Shown piece by piece: positions 36,390-59,700 of a DNA stretch of 64,000 bases (its first letter is position 1; the number at the start of each line of letters is the position of its first letter). The DNA is from Mobula hypostoma. Its lineage: Eukaryota. The position numbers and the translations under genes are program-made. The notes under the pieces are model-generated. The model searched no databases and had not been told where the DNA came from. It saw nothing but the letters and a program-made list of their open reading frames with translations. The stretch is taken from assembly GCF_963921235.1 (NCBI RefSeq), contig NC_086107.1:95232001-95296000 (forward strand), in the 5' to 3' direction.

Positions 36390-39240
36390 AGGTTCCAGCA
36401 TATTACCGAACCCTAACTTTTGCAGATGTATGGCTGAAGTGCATCAGCCTGGTACAGCAAATTGAAACTGCAGGAATGTAACAAGCTGCAGAGGGTCGTG
36501 GACTCAGCCCAATATAATACAGGCATATTCCCCCTGCCCATCATCGGCAGCAGTGACTCAAAAGGACACCACCTTTCATCACAGTCATGACACATATGTG
36601 TCATTACAAAGGTAGCACAACAGTGCCTCTACTTTCTTAAGTGTTTGCATAGATTTGGCATGTCATCAAAATTTTTTGACAACTTCTATAGATGCACATT
36701 GGCGAGTATCCTATCTGGTTGCATCATGGTCTGGTTTGGAAACACCAATATCCAGGAATGGAAAAGTGGTGGATACAGTCCAGTTCAACACAGGGAAAAC
36801 CCTCCCCATGATCTGAAAGCAGCACCTACCATCAAAGATCCCCACCATTCACGTCAAGCCCTCTTCTCACTATCATCCGGAAGGAGATCCCATACCACCA
36901 GGTTCAGTAAACAGTTATTACCCAGGCTCCTGAACTTATGTGGATAACTTCATTCATCACTACTCTGAACTGGCTCCATGACAAAAATAACATCTTCTCC
37001 TCACTCACAATCAACACCAGTGCACCTCAAGAATGCATGCTTAGCCCACTGCTCTATTCTCTCTATACCCATGACTGTGCGGCAAGGCACTGCACAAATG
37101 CCTTCTATAAATTTGCTGATGACACAATTGTTGTCAGCAGAATCTCAGATGGTGATGAGGCGTACAGGAGTGAGAGAGATCAGCTGGTTGAGTGGTATCA
37201 CAACAACAACTTTGTACTCGATGTCAGTAAGACTGAGGAATTGATTGTGGACTTCATGAAGGCAAAGTCGATGAAACACACACCAGTCCTCACTGAGAGA
37301 TCAGCAGTGGAGAGGGTGGAGCAGTTTCAAGTTCCTTGGTGTCAGCATCTCTGAAGATCGAAACTGGGCCCAACATATTCATACAATTACAAAGGGAGCA
37401 AGTCAGTAGCTGCATTTCATTAGTTTGCGGAGATTTGGTAGTAGACTCTAGTAAATTTCTACAGATATACTGCAGAGGGCATTGTAATTGGCTTCATCAC
37501 TGTTTGGTATGGAGGAGCCACTGCACAGGATCGGAAAAAGTTGCAGTATTGTAAACTCAGCCAGCTCCATCATGGGCAACGGCCTCCCACCATCAAGGAC
37601 ATCTGCAAAAGGCAGTGTCTCAAAAAGGCAGCATCCATCAACAAAGACCGCCACCCCTACCCCACCACTCAGGACATGTCCCCTTCTCAGGAGCCTGAAG
37701 ACACACGCTCAACATTTTAGGAAAGGCTTCTTCTCCTCCGTCATCAGCTACCTGAGCAGATAAATCACTACTCCTGCTCTCCTTTTTCACTAATTTTTAT
37801 ATAAATCTCGTATTTCTTATACTTTATGTATTGCACGGTACTACTGCCGCAAACAAATTTCACATACATCAGTGATAATAAACTTGAATCTGATCTACAG
37901 ACTTACAATGACTCTTTACAATTCCTGTTCTCATTATTATTTTTATTTAGTTTGCCTTCTTTTGTCAGTCTGTATCTCTTTATGTATAGTTTTTCCACAA
38001 AATGTTATTGTATTTCCTTTATCCTGTAAATGTCTACAAGCAAATATCAAGTTAATATATGGTGACTTTGATTGTACGTGGTACCCACCATCTGAACCAT
38101 GCCACCTTCTCTCAGCTCCCCGGGGTAAAAGGTACAGAAGCCCGAAGTCCCACACCACCAGGTTCAGGAACAGCTACTTCCTTCAACCATTCGATTCCTG
38201 AAACAACCTGTACAGTCCTAATCACTATCATGGTCAAAGTGGCTTATTGTCACATACACAGGTACATGTATGCACAGAAGCACTGAAAAACCTGCTTGCA
38301 GCAGCATTCACAAGAAAAACTAATTATTCAGGATTTTTACAAGCAAGTACAATTATTAGAACAAATAAAATATCCGCTCAAGGGCAATGTGGTCAAGAGC
38401 GCTCATAGCTTGTTAAACTATGATGATTAGGGTTGTGTAGGTTGGCTGAAGGGAATTCATTGTTCCTGAACCTGGCGATGTAGGAGGCTTCTCTTACACC
38501 TGATGGAATTATGAGAAGATGGCATGGCATGGATGGTGGGATCTTCGGTGGCCGTTGACTCCTGTAGAAACTACTGATGGTGGGGAGGGATGTGCCAATG
38601 ATGTATTGGGATGAGTCCACTGCAATCTGAAGCTTTTTAAGCTCCTGTGCATTTGAGTTGCCATATCAGACCATGAGCCAACCAGTGAGGATACTTCCAG
38701 AACTACATCTGTAGAAATTTGTTAGTATTCAATGATCACATATCTAAGAAAGGATGGGCTGGCATTGAAGATGGTCCAGAGGTTTACAAGAATGATCCCA
38801 GAAATAAAACGATTGATTTATGAGGAGCATTTGATAGCTCTGGACCTGTACTCACTAGAGTTTAGAAGAATGAGGGGAGATCTCATTGAAATCTATTGAA
38901 TATTGAAAGGTCTAGATAGAGTTGATGTGAGGAGGATTTTTCCAATAGTGAGCGAATCTAGGACCAGAAGGCAGAGCCTCAGACATTTCTTTAGAACAGA
39001 GATCTTCAGCCAGAGGGTGGTGAATATGTGGAATTCATTGCCACAGGAGGTTGTGGAGGGCAAATCTTTGGGTATATTTAAAGCAGAGGTTGATAGTTGC
39101 TAGATTAGTAAGGGCATGAACGGTTACAGGAAGAAAGCAGGAGAATGGGGTTGAGGGGGATAATAAATCAGCCATGATGAAATGGCAAAGTAGACTTGTT
39201 GAACCAAATGGTCTAATTCTGCTCCTTTGTTTATAAAGAA
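36390..39240. mobile_element. Decayed L2-like and CR1 fragments
   Basis: PQECMLSPLLYSLYTHDC, YKFADDT, NFYRCT, FSQRVVNMWNSLP. Confidence 0.85.
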
Positions 39241-39729
39241 GATGGGGTTCTTGATGCTTTTCTTGTGAATTCTGTGTATCCGATGCGAGGTGCCTGTGAT
39301 GCTGCTGCAAGCTGGTTTTTCATTGTACCCGCGTGTGACAATATCAACCTTGACTGTGATTTTGATGAGGGTACAACATTCAGACAGTCAGTCCCTGCAT
39401 GGCTCCAAAGGGTCAGCGGATTTTTATACAGCAGAGACTGGGGCAGAGGAGGATCATTGTGGTACTACGGGAAGTTAAAAGGAATGGAGTGGGATGAGGA
39501 AAATCTCAGACTGTGCTGGCTGTCTTGTGAAACTATCTCCTCACCCCTGGTGTAAAATTACCCTGGGCACCAGTCACACAAAACTAGATAAGCCGTTTGG
39601 GAATGTAATTTCCTCAGTCCCACTGGGTATTCAGGACTTTGAGGTAAAGACAGGAAGGAATGTCAATGAAAGATTCTTTATAGACACAAATTTTTCAATC
39701 AGTGTTAATTTTAATAGTCACTTAAATTA

Positions 39730-39980
39730 AAGTGAAGCTGCCTCCACCCCATCCCATCACATACTTCCAGGATCAAACACAGTGTGAGGCTCCCTCTGTA
39801 CATGTTCCTGGGGTCCGACACAGCGTGAAGCTCCATCTGCAGCGTCTCGTGAACCATTCCCAGGGTCAGACACAGTGTGAAGCTCCCTCTGCACTGTCCC
39901 ATCAGACATGCCCAAGGTCAGACACAGGGTAAAGTTCCTGCCACACCATCCCATCACCCAGTCCCGGGGGTCAGAGGGTG
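39730..39980. repeat. ~50-bp minisatellite (gaagctccctctgcactgtcccatcacac family)
   Basis: Same unit also at 44205-44300 and 63690-64000. Confidence 0.8.
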
Positions 39981-40904
39981 TGGGGAGAAAGGCTCCTCTT
40001 CCAGAGTTTTTGTGTGAAGTCACGGTGAGGATCCACTGCTAATTGTGAGATGAGTTTTCCATGCGGCATACTGCATTTGGGTGCAGCCCACTTCGTCACT
40101 CAGCTACTTCTCGATGGGTGACAGTCCCTCTGTCTGATTGTAGTCAGTGCAGGTGTGTCACAGTAACTGGGGCGGGTCCATCGGGAACACTCCATGTCAT
40201 CTTCCGGATATCCCAGGTCAGCACTGACCACCTGTCCCAGATCATCCCCTGCAGAAGGTGGGCAGCTTGCAACATTTGTTTCCCACCCCTAATCACCCCT
40301 CGGGGAGCTTGCCAGCATTTATTGCTCATCCTTCATCAAACCCTTGAGAAGGTGGGCAATTTGCCAGCATTTATCCCCGATCGCCTCCTCTCGAGAAGGT
40401 GGGAGTGAGTCCATCTCTTTGAATTCTGTTGTCCCTTCTGGTGTTGGGACTACCATGGCACTGTCATAGGAGTGAGTTACAAGATTCAGGCCCAGTCCCC
40501 ATGAAGGGGCAGGGGGTGATGTATGTCCCAGTCAGGGTAGTTCAGGACACAGGACTGAGTGTGGGTCTGAGACCTGGTATGCTGCAGAATGTGGCCATTC
40601 AGGCTGTCTGATACCTGCTGTCCAACCGGCAGAGGTGGGGGCCACCAGCATGGGACAGTCTCTGTGGAGGAGGCCATTCAACCCGATCAACCATACTATC
40701 CCACAAGTCTTAGACAAGTTAGAGACTGATCAATGGACGTATGGGAGTGGTAGTTTCACCAGCAACATGGCAAGATTTGGGGAGAGTGGATGGGAATTTT
40801 CAGTGGGAATGTGGAGGGATTCAGGAAAACCAGGTGGGAATTGTCACTGGGAACGTGGCGAGATTTGGGGAGACTGAGGCAAATCAGTAGTGCGTCATGG
40901 ACGT

Positions 40905-42020
40905 ATACAGATTATAGAGGAGGAGGTATTTGCCGTCTTGAGGCAAATTAGGGTGGTTAAATCCCTTAGACATTGTGGGAGGCTACTGCCGAAATTGCAG
41001 GGACCCTAGCAGAGATATTTAGCCATGAGTGAGGTGCAGGAGGATTGGAGGATAGCTAATGTTCTATTGTTTTAGAAAGGCTCTAAGGATAAGATGGGAA
41101 ATTATAGGCTGGTGAGCCTGATGTCGCAGCATGTAAGTTACTGGAAGGTATTCTAAGGGACCATAAGTATTTGGATACGCAGAGCCTGATTCAGAATAGT
41201 CAACATGACTTTGTGCATGGTCGGTTGTGTCTAACCAATCTCATGGAGTATTTCCAGGAAATTACCAGGAAAGTTGCTGAAGGAAAAGCAGTGGATGTCA
41301 TCTTGATGGACCTTAGCAAGACCTTTGACCAAGGTCCCGCATGGGAAGTTGGTCAAGAAGATTAGGTGCTTAGCATTCAGGATGTAATAGTAAACTGGAT
41401 TCAAAATTGGCTTAGTGGGCGACACCAAAGACTGGTGGTGGAGGACTGCCACTCTGATTGGAGGCCTGTGACTAATGGTGTGCCATAGGGATTGATGCTG
41501 GGTCCACTGCTGTATGTCATAGGATGGTAAAGTGTAAACTGGTTCAGCAAATTTGTGGATGACAGAGGAATCTGGGAAAACATATCCAGAATTCCTTCAA
41601 ATTTCCATACAGGTAGATGGGGTCATAAAGTAAGTTTTTAGCACTTAAATCAAAGCATTGAGTACAGGAGTTCGAATATCAAAGTTGTATAAGATACTTG
41701 TGAGGCCAAAAATGGGGTATTGTCTACAGCTCTGGTCACCTACCTACAGAAACAATATCAATAGGACTGAAAGAGCACAGAGAAAACTTACAAGAATGTT
41801 ACCAGGACTTGAAGACCTGAGTTATAGGGAAAGATTGAAAAGGTCTTTTCCCTGGAGTGTAGGAGAATGAGGAGAGATTTGACAGAGGTATACAAATGAT
41901 GAGGTGTATAAACAAGTTCAAGCAGGCTAATTGAGGTTAGGTGAGAATAGAAATAGAGGTCAGAGGTTCTGGGTGCAAAATTAAATATTTAAGGGGAAAC
42001 TGTGGGGGAACTTCTTTACA
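40905..42020 (+). mobile_element. Decayed CR1 ORF2 fragment
   Basis: SQHDFVHGRLCLTNL, MDLSKTFD, LYKILVRP. Confidence 0.85.
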
Positions 42021-42409
42021 GACTAGGATCTGGGGAGACTAGGTTTGGATGGTGGAGGTGGGGTTGTATATGTGATTGGGTGCATTCAATGGATCCTTGG
42101 AGACTGGGAGCAGTGAGGGAGACCCTTAGGAAAGTTTGGGGGCTGGGGGGAGGGTGTAGGAAATCCTCTGACACTACACATCGGTAACGTGCCTTGGAAA
42201 CGGGGGAGAGGGGATCCTCGAATCAACAGTGGAGAATCAGACAGCAATGGTGAGGGAGGAAAGGTTTCCTTCCCCAATGATGCCCTGAGTCATTGGAAGG
42301 GAGCGGGGATGGATGGGCAAAGTGGGGTGCCTGATAAAAGTGGGGAAGGGATATCTGGAAGCCTTGGGGCGAGAAACCACGAACCCCGCGTTGAAAGCAG
42401 CTGACAGGA

Positions 42410-42415
42410 TTTATT
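42410..42415 (-). terminator. Candidate MMGT1 polyadenylation signal
   Basis: AATAAA on the minus strand ~1.3 kb after the stop codon. Confidence 0.5.
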
Positions 42416-43741
42416 ACAGCAGGAAACACTGTTCAACCCCAGTCTCAGCCCACTGACCCCCCCCCCACTCGCCCTCTCCTAATAATTTAACAAATTACGC
42501 AGCAATCTTCAGAGGTTTCTGACCTGGTAGGGGGAGGAAGGGTTGGACAGAGCTGAGGGTGTTGTGATAGAAGGGAAGTGGTAAGGTAAGTGGGGGGGGG
42601 GATAGAACCAGAGTGATTAGGATTTTGGAGAGCGGAGGGGTGAGGGCAGGGTCACACAGAGCTGGGGGGGGGGTGCAAAAACAGAATTTCCAAGATGGTG
42701 GTGGAAGAGACAGGGTGGAGGGCAGGGGAGGTTAGGATTTGCAGAAAGGGGGGAAATAGGGTGTTGGGAGCAAGCAAGGAGGGGGTAGAGAGCAGGGTTG
42801 GACAGAGATGGGGGGGCTATCAAGAGTCAAACTGAGTTGTGTTGGGGAGGGGGGGGAGAAGTGGTGGTCAAGATCTTGGGTGGTGCGATGATTCAGCAGC
42901 AGGAAGGAGCCCCTGTAGGAAGACTAGCCACTTCTCTGAAACCTCCAGGCTCATTAGCAGAGGGGTGGAAGTTGGAGGGGATGTGAAGAGGCTGCAGGTG
43001 GGACCAAGTCCAGGACCAGAGCCCAGGGATTCCTTCTCTATTCTCTCTCTCTGGGCCGTGGACCCATGTCAGAGGGGAGAGATGGGGCACCAAGCTGGGG
43101 CAGGAGCTACACCCGGGAACCAAGCCAAGGAACTGCTCTCCCACTCTATCTTCAGATCTCTGTTCCCAAGGGAGGGGAGACAGAAGGGTACGAGGCAATG
43201 GACGAAATCTGGGCCCTCCCTCCAGGCGTCTGTTCCAGATCAGGGAAGCCCAGGATGACAATAGGCCACAGATGGAGCCTGGGGCTTGCTTCCCCCACCT
43301 CCAGGCACGTGGTGGTGGAGGAAAAATGGGTTCAGGGTGGGACAAGGATGGAATCAGAGCCTGAGTCCAACATCGGGGGCAAGAGCCAAGCTGTGACTAA
43401 GCCACAGATGGAGCCTGGGCCCCGATTCTCCTCTCTGGGCCCCAAGTCTCATATCGGTGAGGGGGATAGAAAGGCCTGATGGGACCAAGCCATGGGCAGA
43501 CCCCAGCATTCCTCTCCTGCTCCACCTCTGGGCACTAAGCAAGTCCCAGGCTCAATCTGCAGCCATTCTTGCCTACCCCAGTATGGGATGGGGCCTCTGT
43601 CTCCATCCCCAGCGTAAAGGGGGTGGGGGCAGGAGAACTAGATTGTGCCTGGGTGCGGATGGGAGAGAAGTTGGACGGAGGGGTTCTGAGCTGACTGAGT
43701 TCCATGGGTTGGAGGAGGGGGAAGAGGGGAGGGTGCCGGGT

Positions 43742-55288
<11,547 letters not shown>

Positions 55289-56159
55289 TTTCTCCCAACA
55301 GGGGCGCTTCAGGGGTGCAGGATAAGAGAGGGCAACAGGTCACAACCCATCCCATTAGAGAGCATCCGACCCTGCTCTCACCAGGAAAACCCTTCCATCC
55401 ATCTTGTTCAATTGTAAACTCCCATCCCTTCTTCCTCCTTCTCTTTGTCTGCCCACTCAGCAAGTAAAGTCCCACCCTCTGTCCTGTCCACTTCTAAGTT
55501 CTCATCCCTCCATCCTCACACTTCCTCCCTGGACCAGGAAGTTGTACAGCCAAAGCCAATCTTGTCTATCTGCATGCTCCCTCCTCCACCTTCCCTCACT
55601 TCGTCCCTGCGAAAGTCCCACCCTCCATCCCGTCCATCTATACGCTCTTCTCCTTCCATCCTCCTCCACCACCACTGGAAAATTCCCAACCATTATGTCC
55701 ATCTCTGCATTTCCCTCCCTCCTCCATCAAGAATCTCACACTCATCCTGTCCACCTGTTCTCCCACTCCCGAACTTTACTCCCTGCCCTCCTTCTCCCCA
55801 CCCACTACCTCCACCTCCCTCTATGTCCACCTCTGCATTCCCCTCGTTCCTCCAACAGGAACATGCCACTTTATCCTATCCATCTGTTCTCCCATCCCCG
55901 ATCTTTACTGCCTTCCTCTCCCCACCCACTGGCTTGACCTACCCTCACTTCCCTCTCTCCACCCTTAGGAACAGACACCTCTCATCCCTAAACCCAATCC
56001 CTTTCCTCACTCCCCCGATACAACAGCCCCTCTCCACGTCTCCTCTCACCTCTCCCTGTACTTCTCAGCCTACCTTAGGCCTTATGACACCCGCTCACCC
56101 ATCCCAGTTCCTCTCCTTTCCCAATTCCCGACCCCAACCTCCCTCTTTCCCCTCGTCAC

Positions 56160-56720
56160 TCACCGCAGCTCCTTCAGCTGGATTCCAAGATGGCCACCTC
56201 TCGCGCGGGCGGCCCAGGACCGTAAATGCCGGGAGATGTAGTCCGACATCTCAGTGTCGTCACCACTGCCAGCGATGCTTGACCCGAAACGGACTACATT
56301 ACCCAGCATGTAACGTCGTTAACACGCCGGGTTCAGAGGGCACCGCCGCCTCACCATAGCAACCAAAGGCGTTCTCTCAACTCTCCTCACCCCCAACCGC
56401 CGGGAAAAAAAGACGATATTTTTTACTCAGACGCGGTACGGAAACTTTTTTTGGACAAGTTTTGAAGGAATAGCGTTTTTCCTGTTATTTCTGCGCTTCG
56501 AAGTGAAAGGAGTCTGCACTCCCAGAATGCTCCGCAGGGCACAGCCAATCTCCGCAGGCGATAATTATTTTGTTTTACACACATTTTCAGGCTCCGCGTT
56601 GGGCCAACAAGTATTTTTTATCTGTAAACCAGAGGAGATTGTTTGGCTTCTTTTTGATGCCGGGCCCGGTTCGAGCGGGGAGCGGGGAGCGGTGGGGCGC
56701 ATGCGCTCCGGTGATGGCGG
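56160..56720. promoter_or_regulatory. Bidirectional CpG promoter shared by MMGT1 and THOC6
   Basis: ZNF143-type GGGAGATGTAGT (~56231) and ACTACATTACCCAGCATG (~56293); RFX X-box-like CCATAGCAAC (~56354); CCAAT (~56546); NRF1 palindrome GCGCATGCGC (56697-56706). Confidence 0.8.
56164..56220 (-). other. Putative MMGT1 non-coding exon 1
   Basis: Donor GCG|GTGAGT at 56164 at the edge of the CpG island; overlaps YY1-like CAAGATGGCC. Confidence 0.55.
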
Positions 56721-56725
56721 CAGTG
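56714..56725 (+). CDS. THOC6: THOC6 exon 1, coding part
   Basis: ATG GCG GCA GTG|gtaaat; phase 0 fits exon 2. Confidence 0.7.
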
Positions 56726-59700
56726 GTAAATGTTGTAGGTGTCCGGGTCTGGGGAGCGGACAATGGGGAACAGGGAAACCAGGATCGGGGGCAATGGGAG
56801 GTTCGGGGACGATGAGAAGGGGCGGAGGAGTCGGGGAAATGAGGATGGTGTCGGGGGTACGAGAGGCTCAGGGGTGAGATGTATGGGGGTCTGGTACTAA
56901 CTGGTCGGGGACATTGGGGGAACCGGGGTAACGAAGGGGGCTGAGCGGTAATTGGGGTCGGGGATGCCGGTGACGGCGTGGGGGAAGCTAAGGGGTCGGG
57001 CGTTACGAATAACGGAGCGGTCAGAGGATCGAACCCGAGTTTTGAAAAGCTAGAGTGTTAATGTCCAAACTCATGAACTCAGTGCGTCAAGTTATACAGG
57101 AAAGCGTGCTGTACGCCTTCGTTACCGCCCGATCAACTTTCAGAGAGCTGTGGACTTGGATTCCTTTGCACATCAACGCTCTTAGGGGTCCTACCATTGT
57201 TTTTGTACCATCGCTTTACACTGCCCTCCCAAAGTGCAGAATCTCAAAATCCATCTGCCATTTCCCTGCCCGTATTTGCAGCTGCTGTGTATTTGCCTAA
57301 TCTTCTACACCGCCCAAGACTCCCCCAATCTGAAGGGAATGGAAGGATAGAGATGATCTAGGGAGGGATATTTAGCATGAATTGGCATCAAGATCGGCAC
57401 ATTAGAATCATGTTTATTATTAGTGACATGTTGTGGAATTTGTTGTTTTGTGGTAACAGTACAATGCAAGACATAAAAGTTATTAAGTGTTAAAAAAAAA
57501 ATCCCTTTTGCCAATCAACTGTCCAGCTCTTGGCTCCATCCCTGCACCTCCTGTCTTCTGTCATTTCGGATCTCCCCCTCCCCCTCCCACTTTCAAATCT
57601 CTTACTAGCTCTCAGTTAGTCCTGACGAAGGGTCTCGGCCCGAAACGTCAACTGTACCTCTTCCTACAGATGCCTGGCCTGCTGCGTTCACCAGCAACTT
57701 TGATGTGTGTTGATCAGATATTGCAAATGGGTTTGGTAAATTGGTTTATCATTGTCACACATACTCGGTTACAGTGAAAGACTTGTCCCACGTGCCATCC
57801 ATGCAAGTCATTTCATCACAATCAGTGCGTCAAGGTCGTACAAGGAAAAAGCAATAATAGAATGCAGAATAAAGTGTTACAGTTTCAGAGAGAAGGCAGG
57901 CAATAAGGTGTAAGGCCATAACGAGGTAGATTGTGAGGTCAAGACTCTGAATTTAGCATCTGTGTTGTCTGTTCAAAAATCTCTCTCTGTCTCCCTCTCC
58001 CTCCCCTCCCCTCCCTCTTTATCTCTCGCTTGCTCTTTACATAGAGACGTAGATAAGGTGGGTGGTCACGTCTCTGTCTCCCAGGGTAAGGGGGTCTAAA
58101 ACTAGAGTGCGCAGGTTTAAGGTATAAGGGGAGAGGTTTAATATGAACCTGTCAGACTACTTGATGGCTATCATGTGGACAGGCAGAGGCTTTTTCCCAG
58201 GGTTGAAATGGCTAACACGAGGGGGCATAGTTTTAAGGTGTTTGGAAGTAGGTACAAAGGAGATGTCAGAGGTAGGTTTTTCCACACAGAGAGTGGTGGG
58301 TGCGTGGAATGTACTGCCAGCGATGGTGGTACAGGCGGATACATTAGAGACTTTTAAGAGGTACATGGAGCTTAGAAGAACAGAGGGCTGTGCGGTAGGG
58401 AAATTCTAGGTAGTTTCTAGAGTTGGTTACATGGTCAGTGCAATATTGTGGGCCGAAGGGCCTGTAACATGCTGTAGATTTCTATGTTCTATGTACTTCT
58501 TCACCCAGAGGGTGGTCTGTTGAGGTGCCAGAGGAACTGGTTGAGGCAGGTACATTCACAACATTTAAGAGACAGTTGGACAGGTAGGTGGATAGCAAAG
58601 GTTTAGAGAGTTATGGGCCGGATGCAGGATAGGCTTGGATGGGCTGGCAGGGGTCGGTTGAGCCTGACTGCTGTTGGCCCCGGGTTCTGTCCCATCGACG
58701 ACTGTGACTCTCTCCCATTGCAGGCGGAGGTTCAGCACCGGCTGGAGCTGTTGCATCTGACTGTCTTCTCCCTCAGCTTCTCACCTTGTGGTCGGTACCT
58801 GGCCGCTGGCAACAACTATGGGCAGATTGGAGTCTTCAGGTAGATGTGCACCGGCGTTGGGCTGGCCCCGCCATTCTTCCCTCCCGTCCCACACGGCCAC
58901 ACTTTCCCTGTGACCCTGGCCCTGCCGACCCTTCTGCTTTGACCCCAGTCAAGCTGACCCTTGCCTCTTGACCATAGTGCTACAGAGACTTGACGATAGC
59001 CCTGTTGACCCTTGTCCCTTGACCAGAGTCCCATTGCTCCTTCCCCACTAACACTTCCCCTTTGACCTCCTGCTGCCCCACCTCAACCTAGCCATGTCGC
59101 ACCTTTGCCCTTTCACCTTGGCTTGTCACTTTAACCCTGATCCTCTTGATCCCCTTGATCCCCCACAACCCTCTGACCAGCCTAGGACCTCCCCCCTCCA
59201 CTTTACCCTGATGGGTAATCAGTTCCCACTTCTCTGTTTATGACCCCTGACCCCCACTACCCTGTGACCCTTGACCCCAGCTCACAAGCTGCTGTCCCTA
59301 CCTTCCCTCTAATGGATGACCTGCGGTGACACCTTCTCTCTTTCTCCTTCAGCCTCTCAGCCGCCCTGAGTATAGAAGCAACAGAAGAAAATCAGAAACC
59401 CATCTTCATATTCCAAGGTAGGAAAGAAAAACTCAGTGTCTGGCCTTTTTTTTTACAAAATACATTTATTACAAATTCATACCACTGCAGTGCTGTTGTA
59501 CAATCACATTGCAAACAAAACTCAGAGAAATCATGACGAACACAGACTAAACTAACACATTCCCATGTTCATCAGGGATGGAATTTATCTCCTGTGGTGC
59601 TCAATGCTTTTGAAACACCTTTACGTTACCTGTGGATGCTGCGTGTTCTTTTTCCACAGCTACCCAGGCACAGGCATGTTCCCTGAACAGTGCCAGGCAG

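Noticed and set aside
42839-43542. ORFs of 137-150 aa downstream of the MMGT1 stop, tested as HCFC1R1 or a bicistronic partner
   Set aside because: Non-ATG starts, no DHPY or other recognisable motif; best read as GC-rich 3' UTR
55404-56359. 304-aa and 177-aa Pro/Ser/Leu-rich plus-strand ORFs
   Set aside because: Arise from C/T-rich low-complexity intron sequence that is poor in stop codons
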